A stretch of DNA of 55,809 bases, from positions 1 to 55,809 of IMG/VR virus record IMGVR_UViG_3300003690_000041; one strand, written 5' to 3'. The notes beneath the pieces were generated by a model, which worked only from the letters and a program-made list of their open reading frames with translations, ran no database searches and had not been told where the DNA came from. Every line of letters begins with the position of its first letter. Position 1 is the first letter of the stretch. Source of the stretch: a virus (taxonomy: Duplodnaviria > Caudoviricetes). This document shows, piece after piece, positions 1 through 9,399 of the stretch. Both the position numbers and the translations under genes were made by a program.

Positions 1-1180
1 GAGCTTCACCAAAATTTACACGTCGTCCTGTATTAGCATCAATATAATATTCATATCCATTATCATCTGTTAGAATTTGTTCTCCCTTAGGCCCAACGTT
101 TGAAGGAGGATCAGGTATCCCATCATCGAACCCTTTTCTTTTCAAGAACTCCCCAGGGTTGTCTATGTAAGCCTGCTGGTCTTCGGGCGACATATCCAGT
201 CTAGACAGGAAGTCCTGCCTTTTTTTGTCAGTCCCTGCAAACAACCTGTCATATCCTGGGACATTGGGAGGAGGAGGTTGAGGGAGGGGAGGTTGAGTTC
301 CACGAAGATCCGATACGAACTGCGTTGGGTTGGCAAGAAGCTCATCGAGTGCGCCTGCTTTGTATCCCGTAGCACCAAAGCTGAATAGGTTGGGGTTTTC
401 TAATTGGAATTTATCAAAGAAAGTACGATCATCTCCTGAGAGTTTAGAGAGGGCATCCTGAAACTTATTTAGCGTACTCCCAGGAGTTCCCACACCACCG
501 GGAGTATCTTGACGAGGAAAAGGAACAGTCAATTTGCTAGCTGTTGGTTTGGGAGAGGAGTTGGTCGGGTCAAAAACATCCGTGACCTGACTCCCTGCAC
601 CAGGAGGAATAGCACCACCTCTACCCGTAGGAGGGGGAGGGGAAACTTCACCAACAGGTACACGTTTTTTTGTCTTAGCATCAAAATAATATCTATTTCC
701 ATTTGCATCTCTTCGAATTGGTTCTCCATTAGGCCCAACGGTTGAAACAGGATCAGTTGTCCCACCACCATCGCCACCGGGTGGAGGAGGAGGAGGAGGA
801 GGAGGAGGCCCACCTGCCGCATGAATTTGTTCTGGTGTCCAGCCTTTGGACACCAGTGCCCAGTAGTCAGTTGCCATACGAATACGTTCTGGTGTCCAGT
901 AGTCAGTTCCGTCACCGGGAGGAGGCTGACCGCCGGGAGGAGGGGGGGGAGGAGGTTGAGTGACGCCACCAGGAGGGGGAGGATCATCAGGGATCTTGAA
1001 ATAATCCTTTGTCCACGCCAACCACTCCTCAAATTCCCCTCCTTTTCGATCGAACTCCGCTAATCCGCCATGTCTATTGGCAAGACTGATGAAGTCGGCT
1101 TCCGACAGGGCGTTGAGGCGATGCTCGCCAATCCCGTTAGCTTTCAGTATCTTCTTTTTGATTTGCTCTGAGAGTGCCAT
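1..1180 (-). CDS. N-terminal part of giant proline-rich repeat protein (runs off the left edge; probably the same gene as 52090-55809)
   Basis: ATG at 1180 (MALSEQIKKK...); my translation stays open to base 1; polyproline runs and the same GPNGEPIxxDxxGxxYYxDAxT module as the right-end ORF. Absent from the ORF track because it has no stop in the window. Confidence 0.8.
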   Translation of the reverse strand, partial: MALSEQIKKKILKANGIGEHRLNALSEADFISLANRHGGLAEFDRKGGEFEEWLAWTKDYFKIPDDPPPPGGVTQPPPPPPPGGQPPPGDGTDYWTPERIRMATDYWALVSKGWTPEQIHAAGGPPPPPPPPPPGGDGGGTTDPVSTVGPNGEPIRRDANGNRYYFDAKTKKRVPVGEVSPPPPTGRGGAIPPGAGSQVTDVFDPTNSSPKPTASKLTVPFPRQDTPGGVGTPGSTLNKFQDALSKLSGDDRTFFDKFQLENPNLFSFGATGYKAGALDELLANPTQFVSDLRGTQPPLPQPPPPNVPGYDRLFAGTDKKRQDFLSRLDMSPEDQQAYIDNPGEFLKRKGFDDGIPDPPSNVGPKGEQILTDDNGYEYYIDANTGRRVNFGEA

Positions 1181-1183
1181 AGT

Positions 1184-1594
1184 TTAAGCCACATGAGAAG
1201 ACGAGTAATAGTCAAAGGCCACATCTTGTGGTTTACGAGTGTCCGTATCGAGATGGAGGAACGACTTACCGATGCCGATTCGTCTAAATCCTGCGCCCAT
1301 AGCCGCATTGCACAAACCGAACCTGGACCCAGAACTCTTGATGCTCAAATCAACTGCGTGTCCGACTTCTTCTTCTCCGTCATCAATATCAGCAGGGACG
1401 TGGGCGCTGCTATCCACGCCACCGACCGCTTTGTTATGATCTACGCATCTGATACCTGATGTGATGGCAATCGGGCCGTGGATATCTCTCATCATCTGGA
1501 GACGGTCTACGAGAGCCAATGATATATTGTCAGATCCACATCCACAGGAACATGCAAATTCACTACGGCTGAAATTAGCAGTCAAATCGCCCAT
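1184..1594 (-). CDS. Peptidase M15A-family endolysin (zinc D-Ala-D-Ala peptidase fold)
   Basis: NFSRSEFACSCGCG, ITSGIRC..HNKAVGG..SSAH, GHAVD, RIGIGKSFLHLD motifs typical of Peptidase_M15_3. Confidence 0.88.
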   Translation of the reverse strand: MGDLTANFSRSEFACSCGCGSDNISLALVDRLQMMRDIHGPIAITSGIRCVDHNKAVGGVDSSAHVPADIDDGEEEVGHAVDLSIKSSGSRFGLCNAAMGAGFRRIGIGKSFLHLDTDTRKPQDVAFDYYSSSHVA

Positions 1595-1752
1595 TATTTA
1601 CTCACCGATGCAATTTTATTGTCCATTTGATGAGAGAGCAGGACGGCAACAGATTTATCCAGGGAGTCCACCCTGCGTTCAATATATGCCACATACGCAA
1701 GGGTGAGAGTAACGAGAAGCAACAGGACGTTCTCTTTGAATGATTTGGTCAT
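1594..1752 (-). CDS. Small single-TM protein, possible holin or lysis accessory (52 aa)
   Basis: Own translation MTKSFKENVLLLLVTLTLAYVAYIERRVDSLDK...; stop overlaps the endolysin ATG. Confidence 0.5.
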   Translation of the reverse strand: MTKSFKENVLLLLVTLTLAYVAYIERRVDSLDKSVAVLLSHQMDNKIASVSK

Positions 1753-2309
1753 AATGCCTTATCCATATGTTTAATTACCTTATAACCCATCGTCAGGATG
1801 AATCCGATGATAAAGGCAGCAGAGATATACACGATAGCTGTGTCTGAGAATTGTAGATGGTGCATGATTGCGATAAATGAATTGAGTGGATCGCCCGGAA
1901 TCAATCCACGTTGCTGTAACTTATCGTATACCTCCAATCCCTCATCCAGTGTCCACGCACCAGCCGAAATCCCCCCTAATCCAAACCCATTTTTTACGCT
2001 ATTCTTAAGCGTACGTTGGTCCATACCACGGAACTTTTCCCTTTGCTTCTCCAACTGTTGACGTTTTCGCTCATCAATCGTTTTTTTTCTCGCTTTTCCC
2101 TGCTTGAGACGTTCCTCACGATGTGTTCGAATCAACCGATCAGCCGATTCTATACGCTCCGTGAGCAACTTCTGAGCCTTCGCCTTCGCGGTCTTGCTCA
2201 GAACCCCCGATTTTATCGCCTCTCGTAGCTCCTCCACTTTCATTCGCTCGAAGGGCTTGTTCATGTCCATCAAACCCACTCTGGTCCCTGATAAGGGTAT
2301 ACACCCCAA
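1749..2309 (-). CDS. Hypothetical membrane protein (coiled coil plus C-terminal TM); start uncertain
   Basis: Charged helical N-terminus and hydrophobic C-terminal segment, in the lysis region. Confidence 0.55.
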   Translation of the reverse strand: MGCIPLSGTRVGLMDMNKPFERMKVEELREAIKSGVLSKTAKAKAQKLLTERIESADRLIRTHREERLKQGKARKKTIDERKRQQLEKQREKFRGMDQRTLKNSVKNGFGLGGISAGAWTLDEGLEVYDKLQQRGLIPGDPLNSFIAIMHHLQFSDTAIVYISAAFIIGFILTMGYKVIKHMDKAL

Positions 2310-2342
2310 TCAATAAATGAACGATCCAGGCAATGAAAAGCA

Positions 2343-2573
2343 TTATCTACCCACGATCTCATATTTACGCAAATATTGCCATAGAGTATTTGCGCCTGTC
2401 ACAGCGGCAACAGCAAGCACCAGGGATATCTCTACGGACAGACCCACCTGGACAAGCACCCCGGCGACGATACCTTGACTGCTGGCCCACCCACCACCCT
2501 TGGCGCTTTTGAACCACCCAACCTTCCCCATTGCCAAGCGCCCTATTTCAAGGATCTGCTTTGCATCAGGCAT
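2343..2573 (-). CDS. Putative holin-like membrane protein
   Basis: Two hydrophobic segments; GGGGAGG RBS before ATG 2573; upstream of the endolysin. Confidence 0.5.
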   Translation of the reverse strand: MPDAKQILEIGRLAMGKVGWFKSAKGGGWASSQGIVAGVLVQVGLSVEISLVLAVAAVTGANTLWQYLRKYEIVGR

Positions 2574-2617
2574 CTTCTTGTTCCTCCCCTTTAAGACCAA
2601 GGATATTACGTCGATAC

Positions 2618-2809
2618 TTACGCCACTTCAGAAGTCTCTTTGGATACTTTATCAGACTTTTTAGGCGATCCATTCTGCATCTCCTTTGGCGGTTCAATCA
2701 TCTCTTTGAGAAGAGAAATTTGCCCATTAACAAAGTTAATGTTGCCCATCATCTGCGCCTTTGTCTCTTCTAACTCCTCAACTTTCTTCTTCATCTCTTC
2801 TTTGGTCAT
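2618..2809 (-). CDS. Small coiled-coil hypothetical protein
   Basis: 63-aa ORF co-oriented with the late operon. Confidence 0.6.
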   Translation of the reverse strand: MTKEEMKKKVEELEETKAQMMGNINFVNGQISLLKEMIEPPKEMQNGSPKKSDKVSKETSEVA

Positions 2810-2895
2810 TATATCACATCCGTTATGTTAATCATACATGACTGCGTTTTAAAATCTGCCACATTGTCGCCCCAATTCCTTCGCTATCGCCAATG

Positions 2896-3159
2896 TTATC
2901 CTTCTGCGCCAAAATCAGCAGGTTCTGTAGGGACACCCCTTTCATAATTTCGCACCAGCTTGCTGATTACATTCCACACATACACAACAAGCTCATCTTC
3001 TGTAGCATCTCTGCCTAAATCCAGTTTGCTACGCCCCAACCATGCTGCAGAACGGGCAAGGCTGGCATTGGTAATTGTCGGCAAGGAACCTACCGCATAA
3101 TTTTTATTCAAATCGCTGTTGTTGAAAAAGTCCCGTATCCGCTGCTTGGTCACAGCCAT
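2896..3159 (-). CDS. Hypothetical protein downstream of the tail fibre
   Basis: 87-aa ORF in the late operon. Confidence 0.6.
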   Translation of the reverse strand: MAVTKQRIRDFFNNSDLNKNYAVGSLPTITNASLARSAAWLGRSKLDLGRDATEDELVVYVWNVISKLVRNYERGVPTEPADFGAEG

Positions 3160-3230
3160 CTTATGCCGCCTTTTCTAAAGTTTGAACACCCATGCAGTTT
3201 GGATGGTCAGCATATTGCCATCTGTTCCTC

Positions 3231-6200
3231 CTACGCTGCCAGTAGTTTTTGAACCTGCATTTCAAGCTGATTAATGCGTGTTTCGTACCCTTCTTTTATC
3301 ACCATAATGTCTTCATAGTTCTGCCAAACAGCACCATTTAGCGCCATTACGTGACGAGAGATATTCCACATTCCACCCTCTTTCACTGGTGCGCCTAAGA
3401 TTTTCATGTCCACCAGTTCTGGTTCATGAATCGTGACAAACTCATCCCACCGACTCTGCACGTATCCGTCGGCACCATTTCTGGCTCTTACCATCTCAAA
3501 ACCACGAACAATGTGCCTATCATTGATCTCATCGGTCAATGCAACAAGGGTGGTATTGGTGAGGTGCATTTGACCGTCTTCATCAACCATCATTCGGGTC
3601 ACCATAGACCCGTCGACCTGTGCCCGTATCGCAAACACATTTCCGTCAGCATTTATATTAGCCAATGCGTTAGAGCCGTTGTGTTCAGCGATAGCAAAAT
3701 TGACCAACCCTACAGCCCCAGCGTTGCTTTTTGACGTACTTGCCGTTCCGCCCTGCGCAGAAAACTGAAGAACAGTAGTAAAAACAGCATCCTCACCATA
3801 CGCAGCGATATTTAATCCACCCAAGGTGGCACTGTTTTTACTAAACCGTGCATAACTATCTGTCTCCATAGCGAAATCTATGTGATTGCTTGTAAGTCCA
3901 TGCGCAATATCGCTGGACTTGAAATTGAGGATTTCGTCGTCATTGGCATCTTGATTAATGGTCATACCTACAGTCATATTAGCGTTGGCAATCTCCGTTC
4001 CCATATAAACGGTTCCTGCTGCACTGATACGCATAGAACGAAGATTTCCAGCATAAAAGTCTAATGTATCTACGCTGTGGTCATATTGTACGCGGCCCTG
4101 TTTGGGTGTTCCCGTTGCGTCTGCAAAATAAAGCGCACTGGACTCTCCGGTTCCTGTAACTAGGGTGATACCTGATTGCGCTGACCCACCCCCAATAATT
4201 AAATCATCCGCAAGAGCGTCAAATCCTAGTTCTGTTCCACCAATAGCAAGCTGAGAACCGATGAACATATCTTTAGCACACCCAATACCACCATCGGTGT
4301 GAATAGATCCTGTCACGGTAGATGTGCTGTCTGTGGCGTCATCAATGCTCAGAACGCCCGATCCTGTAATGGTCGATGCGGTGAGGACTGTAAGGGCAGA
4401 AGTCCCTGCCACCGTCAGCCCAGCAGCACCAGCAAGTATCAGGTCATCGATAGATGCATCCCACAACATATGAGCACTTGCTGTAGCCCCGAAGAACTTG
4501 ACATCGTACCCAGCATCGTCCACACCCACCGTGACGGTACTATTAAACTGAGAAGTGCCTGAAGCCGTAAGAACTGTAAGGGCAGAAGTCCCCGCCACCG
4601 TCAAGCCAGCAGCTCCGGCAAGTATCAGGTCATCAGCCGACTCATCCCAGAGGAGGTGTGCGCCTGCTGTGGCACCGAAAAATTGAACGTCGTGACCTGT
4701 ATCGTTAACGCCCACGGTCAGGGTATTTGTCAATACAGAAGTCCCTGCCACCGTCAGCCCAGCAGCACCGACAAGTTTTAGATCATCAGCAGACGCATCC
4801 CACAGACAGTATGCCCCCGATGTAGCCCCGAAGAACTTGACATCGTACCCAGTATTATCCACGCCCACCGTGACGGTACTATTAAACTGAGAAGTGCCTG
4901 AAACCGTTGTAACTGTAAGAGCAGATGTCCCCGCCACCGTCAACCCAGCAGCGCCAGCAAGTATCAGATCATCAGCCGACTCATCCCACAGACAGTAAGC
5001 ACTTGCTGTATCCCCGAAGAATTTAACATCGTATCCAGTACCATCCACGCCCACTGTGACGGTACTATTAAACTGAGAAGCACCTGAAGCCGTAAGAGTA
5101 GTCCCCACAATCGCAGCAAACGAACCAGCCGCGACAGAAGCAGCACCGATAACGGTTCCATCAATAGCACCACTGTTGATGTCCACATTAGTCATTTCAT
5201 GGGTGTTAAAGTCAATCTCAACAGCACCATCACCGCCAAAGGTTAGCTTTCCGGCAGAGTGCGTCAACGTCACGTCACCGCCATCCCAGTTGAACACCGC
5301 ACCTGTAGCAATCAACAAGTCATCGCCCAAATAAATATCCTTAGCTACACCTAACCCTCCGTCAGTGTGTATAGAGCCTGTCGTAGCCGATGAGCTGTCG
5401 GTGGTGTCGTCAATGCTTAAAACGCCCGATCCCGTAACGGTCGTTGCGGTCAGATTAATGGCACCGCCTGACGTAATCGTCAAGTCGGTGTCATCACCTT
5501 CGATCTTTTCACCTGAACCAAAGGTAACACCCACGTTGGCAGGGACAACCACATCAGTCGTTGCAGTCAACTTAATGTCACCACCTGATGTCACTGTCAA
5601 GTCGGTGTTATCGCCTTCGATCTTTTCACCTGAACCAAAGGTAACACCCACGCTGGTAGGGACAATCACATCAGTAACGGCAGTCAAATTGATGGCACCA
5701 CCCGATGTAATTGTCAAGTCAGTATTGTCCCCCTCGATCTTCTCGCCTGAACCAAAGGTAACACCCACGCTGGTAGGGACAATCACATCAGTGACTGCCG
5801 TCAAGTTGATAGCACCACCCGATGTAATTGTCAAGTCAGTGTCATCGCCTTCGATCTTTTCACCTGAACCAAAAGTGACACCGACGTTGGCAGGGACAAC
5901 CACATCAGTCGTTGCGGTCAGATTAATGTCACCACCTGATGTCACTGTCAAATCAGTGTTATCACCCTCGATCTTTTCGCCCGTACCAAAGGTAACACCC
6001 ACATTAGCTGGTATTACTACATCAGTAACTGCCGTTAAGTTGATGGCACCACCCGATGTCACTGTCAAGTCAGTGTTATCACCTTCAATTTTCTCACCTG
6101 AACCAAAAGTGACACCCACGTTGGCTGGTATTACTACATCAGTCACGGCAGTCAAATTGATAGCACCACCTGATGTCACTGTCAAGTCAGTGTTATCACC

Positions 6201-7490
6201 TTCGATCTTTTCACCTGTTCCAAAGGTAATGCCTACGCTGGTAGGGACCACAATATCTGTTGTTGCCGTTAGATTAATCGCTCCACCAGAGGTAACGGTA
6301 AGGTCGGTGTTATCACCCTCGATCTTTTCTCCTGTACCGAATGTAAGACCGATATTTGCAGGGATAATTACATCACCAGCGGCGCAAGTCAGGTTAATAT
6401 TGTTACCTGAGTTAATGGTAAGATCGGTGCCATCCGAAGACAGGTGTTCGCCGCCGCCAGCATCAAACAGATAAAGTTGCGCCGCCCCCGCAAGGACAAG
6501 ATCGTCCGTGCTCTCATCCCATAACATATACGCACCTGAAGTGGCACCAAATACCTGGAAATCATGTCCTGTCCCGTTTGATCCTACTGTCAGGGTGTTT
6601 GTCAATGCCACAGCACCGCCAAGTGTCAAAGTACCGCCAATCGTGGCAGCATCGGCAAAGAAGTTGGACCATCGTGTTCCCGTAACACCAAGGCTCACAT
6701 CAGAATCTGTCGTAGGCTGGAAAGCACCATTGAGCAATTGCACCTGAGACACTGGCGCACCCGATGTATCGGCTAAGTAGAAGTCCATCCTCGCAACTTC
6801 AGCCCCTGCTGTATCAGCCAATACGATGACATTGATACGAGCAAACTCGTTCTGTGCATCTGCTGCATCAGGCATTTTCCATACAACACCAATACCTGAC
6901 GAAGTATCCGTCATATTTCCGTCGCCGTCAGGATTCCATTCCAGAGAGAGGATATCGACAACAGATGCTGCTGCTGCTTCTCTCGTCAACAAAGTATTAA
7001 TGGTGTTACCAGACAGGTCATATCCAAGTTCAAGCACCGTGCCCATTGTACCAGCAACGAGAGCAGACAGATCATATCGTGAATCTTCAGACGCATCAGA
7101 AGCGTCCGTCATCGTCACGTCAAAGTCTGCCAATATGGTGACATTTCCTCCGTCATCGTCGGCACGAAACCGCAGCTTCAGCCCGTCGCCATCTTGTCCC
7201 ACGTTATCCGAGGGGTCAAGCTGGTATATGTATTGGGTAAGGACTCCTCCTCCTCCTGCTGTGGTATCTTCTTTGGTCTTCAAACCAATATATGTCTGTC
7301 CCTGGTTCATCACCATAATACCATCAGAAGAGGTGTAGTCGACGTTGTTCTCGTCAATATTCTGACCGTTATACGTAGAGATGATATGTGTAGTGGTATC
7401 CGTTATTGGCGCTGCCGTCATAGTTGCGCCAGCAACAGGAAGCGTGCCCTGAGAACTCATAGAGGCCATAGGTTCATCCTTTCGAGCCAT
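3231..7490 (-). CDS. Long tail fibre / receptor-binding protein with internal repeats (start may be 7469)
   Basis: About 1,410 aa, G/T/D/A-rich beta-type repeats, C-terminal coiled coil, located after the tail genes. Confidence 0.8.
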   Translation of the reverse strand: MARKDEPMASMSSQGTLPVAGATMTAAPITDTTTHIISTYNGQNIDENNVDYTSSDGIMVMNQGQTYIGLKTKEDTTAGGGGVLTQYIYQLDPSDNVGQDGDGLKLRFRADDDGGNVTILADFDVTMTDASDASEDSRYDLSALVAGTMGTVLELGYDLSGNTINTLLTREAAAASVVDILSLEWNPDGDGNMTDTSSGIGVVWKMPDAADAQNEFARINVIVLADTAGAEVARMDFYLADTSGAPVSQVQLLNGAFQPTTDSDVSLGVTGTRWSNFFADAATIGGTLTLGGAVALTNTLTVGSNGTGHDFQVFGATSGAYMLWDESTDDLVLAGAAQLYLFDAGGGEHLSSDGTDLTINSGNNINLTCAAGDVIIPANIGLTFGTGEKIEGDNTDLTVTSGGAINLTATTDIVVPTSVGITFGTGEKIEGDNTDLTVTSGGAINLTAVTDVVIPANVGVTFGSGEKIEGDNTDLTVTSGGAINLTAVTDVVIPANVGVTFGTGEKIEGDNTDLTVTSGGDINLTATTDVVVPANVGVTFGSGEKIEGDDTDLTITSGGAINLTAVTDVIVPTSVGVTFGSGEKIEGDNTDLTITSGGAINLTAVTDVIVPTSVGVTFGSGEKIEGDNTDLTVTSGGDIKLTATTDVVVPANVGVTFGSGEKIEGDDTDLTITSGGAINLTATTVTGSGVLSIDDTTDSSSATTGSIHTDGGLGVAKDIYLGDDLLIATGAVFNWDGGDVTLTHSAGKLTFGGDGAVEIDFNTHEMTNVDINSGAIDGTVIGAASVAAGSFAAIVGTTLTASGASQFNSTVTVGVDGTGYDVKFFGDTASAYCLWDESADDLILAGAAGLTVAGTSALTVTTVSGTSQFNSTVTVGVDNTGYDVKFFGATSGAYCLWDASADDLKLVGAAGLTVAGTSVLTNTLTVGVNDTGHDVQFFGATAGAHLLWDESADDLILAGAAGLTVAGTSALTVLTASGTSQFNSTVTVGVDDAGYDVKFFGATASAHMLWDASIDDLILAGAAGLTVAGTSALTVLTASTITGSGVLSIDDATDSTSTVTGSIHTDGGIGCAKDMFIGSQLAIGGTELGFDALADDLIIGGGSAQSGITLVTGTGESSALYFADATGTPKQGRVQYDHSVDTLDFYAGNLRSMRISAAGTVYMGTEIANANMTVGMTINQDANDDEILNFKSSDIAHGLTSNHIDFAMETDSYARFSKNSATLGGLNIAAYGEDAVFTTVLQFSAQGGTASTSKSNAGAVGLVNFAIAEHNGSNALANINADGNVFAIRAQVDGSMVTRMMVDEDGQMHLTNTTLVALTDEINDRHIVRGFEMVRARNGADGYVQSRWDEFVTIHEPELVDMKILGAPVKEGGMWNISRHVMALNGAVWQNYEDIMVIKEGYETRINQLEMQVQKLLAA
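4390..5080 (-). repeat. Second coding repeat family (TVGVDxTGYDVKFFGATxxAYxLWDxSADDLILAGAAGLTVAGTS) x4, plus a copy near 6480-6600
   Basis: Visible in the translation. Confidence 0.88.
5441..6452 (-). repeat. 117-bp (39-aa) tandem coding repeat GEKIEGDNTDLTVTSGGAINLTAxTDVVxPxxVGVTFG(S/T): 7 full, 1 partial, 1 degenerate
   Basis: Visible in the translation; synonymous differences between copies. Confidence 0.92.
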
Positions 7491-7804
7491 GCGGTTAGTT
7501 CCATCTCAGCCTGCTTCTTCCTCTCCCTGCTAATCTGTGCCTGAGCACGCAACGTATTTGCCTTTGCCATGTGCATCTTATGTAATACGTCTGTGTCTCC
7601 CGTTTCACGCGCCCGTTCAACCAGTCTATCTGCCTCTGCGTGCATCTGTTTCTCCATAGCATCCTGCACTACCATTTCACTATATCTCTCCAGGCATACC
7701 CTCCTCTGCTGAAGCCACCGATCCTGTGACTCAGGGATCTGGTCGGCAAAGTATCCGGGCTGAATTCTGTCCAACGCGGTCTTATATTGAGTCAACTGTT
7801 TCAT
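7457..7804 (-). CDS. Hypothetical protein
   Basis: 115-aa ORF tightly packed in the operon. Confidence 0.6.
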   Translation of the reverse strand: MKQLTQYKTALDRIQPGYFADQIPESQDRWLQQRRVCLERYSEMVVQDAMEKQMHAEADRLVERARETGDTDVLHKMHMAKANTLRAQAQISRERKKQAEMELTAWLERMNLWPL

Positions 7805-7806
7805 GT

Positions 7807-9396
7807 CTACTCTGCTGGTGTGTAGATTATTTGATACCCTTTAAGCTCAAACTCTTCTGTCCCCTGCCATTGAGGGGACACCGTCTGTGCCGTCCTGTTC
7901 ACAAATGCTCTGGTGATATCTGTCGCCTCCCCACCCCACGTATTGCCCTCATCCCATTTTTGACCGGAGTTCCACGTAACGGCAGCGCCAATAAATAAAT
8001 TCTCTGAACGAGAAGCCAGCCTTCCCTCGTTGAGGAAAGCGGTGAACTCGATTGTTTGACTCCCTGACTTAGTAATAAAATGCGTGAGGACAGCGTGGAT
8101 CGTCTTGTCCAGATTAGGGGTACCCAGATCATTAGGAGACATCGTAATTTTCCAGTTAATATCCGTGCCGTCATCCTTTATCTGGTTTTTGTCGTTACCC
8201 TGATGCACATATCCGTCAGACGAACCAAACATATCATATTCTACATTTGATGTCACCCATGTAGTAGCATAATTGATAGTGTCGGCGGGGGTGTCAAACC
8301 ATACATCGCCCGTTTCCCAGTCATATACCAGGACACGATTATGTCCTGTGGCATGACCCTCAGAGGAAACCAATGTCCTCACCTGATGATCTTTCCTTCG
8401 TATGAAACTGACGGCATTTGGCAACCTTGCTTCGTTGAGGTCATTCCATTCAGACTGTATCCCTGCTGTCATCAGTTCAAAAGAGAAATCAGGACGGACA
8501 ATATATGCTCCATCTTCTGCTATGATCCATGTGCCAAAATTGGGATTATGGAGGATGCCCATACGGGAAACAGGGTTGAACGATCCCGTCAACTCTCTCT
8601 CTGGCGTCGCTTCAATAAATCCTGCTTGCATAGCAAAGCTGACAAGATGAAGCCCATCTGTCTTTACTACGCCCAACAAACTATTCTGACCACTCCCTAC
8701 ATTGACACCACCGAGGATGTCTGCCCCATCTTCTTGAACTTCATACTTGTTATCAGCAGGCCACGTATTGACATCAATGCCGAGAGATCCCTGGACGACA
8801 TCAGGCCACCGTAAGCGCGTAGGATGCACCACAGCACTACCTCCTTCCACTTCTGTGGTGCGCATAACAACGACCATATTCTTGTGCACCACCAAATCCC
8901 TACACGTAGTCCACGGCACGTCAGCCAACGCTGTGGCATTGCCAGACCCGCTATATGTCCACGTTTCGTCCGAGTCATTGGTGCCCAGAAGCTGATTTTT
9001 TATAAAAGCAAATTTTACGTGGCTATTCTGGCTGTCTGCATTGATCGTCAAAGTGCCGATGATGTCTGTCCGTGTCGTGCCATCATCGGTATATATTTTC
9101 GACCCTGCCACTTCTATGTTGACAGTGGTGCCATTTTTAAACTTCGCCTGCGCAAGGCCTACGATGGCTTTAGCAGTAGAAGACTCTGTGATCTGTGATG
9201 AATTATATTTGGAATACCCAAACCTGCGAACCGCAGCACCCCTCTCTGTGATATTCACATTAGACAATATCTCTGCATTTTCAGGGGACAGACGCCTATC
9301 GGGGTAGTAGACGCTATTCTGTCCCCTGATCTGCACGACAGGAGAAGGAGTAACTCCTGGTTGTGGAGTTACTTCGACAGGGGGAATGCTCGCCAT
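7807..9396 (-). CDS. Putative tail nozzle / head-stabilisation protein (P22 gp10 or T7 gp12-like position)
   Basis: 529 aa, beta-rich, N-terminal NAEILSNVNITERGAAVRRFG, directly after an adaptor-like gene. Confidence 0.6.
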   Translation of the reverse strand: MASIPPVEVTPQPGVTPSPVVQIRGQNSVYYPDRRLSPENAEILSNVNITERGAAVRRFGYSKYNSSQITESSTAKAIVGLAQAKFKNGTTVNIEVAGSKIYTDDGTTRTDIIGTLTINADSQNSHVKFAFIKNQLLGTNDSDETWTYSGSGNATALADVPWTTCRDLVVHKNMVVVMRTTEVEGGSAVVHPTRLRWPDVVQGSLGIDVNTWPADNKYEVQEDGADILGGVNVGSGQNSLLGVVKTDGLHLVSFAMQAGFIEATPERELTGSFNPVSRMGILHNPNFGTWIIAEDGAYIVRPDFSFELMTAGIQSEWNDLNEARLPNAVSFIRRKDHQVRTLVSSEGHATGHNRVLVYDWETGDVWFDTPADTINYATTWVTSNVEYDMFGSSDGYVHQGNDKNQIKDDGTDINWKITMSPNDLGTPNLDKTIHAVLTHFITKSGSQTIEFTAFLNEGRLASRSENLFIGAAVTWNSGQKWDEGNTWGGEATDITRAFVNRTAQTVSPQWQGTEEFELKGYQIIYTPAE

Positions 9397-9399
9397 CTT

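Noticed and set aside
529-1032. 167-aa Leu-rich ORF in the track
   Set aside because: An alternative frame of the proline-rich gene starting at 1180.
4086-4094. Self-target of orphan spacer TTGTACGCG (also at 12140)
   Set aside because: Single 9-mer matches are expected by chance, and the partner spacer does not match alongside.
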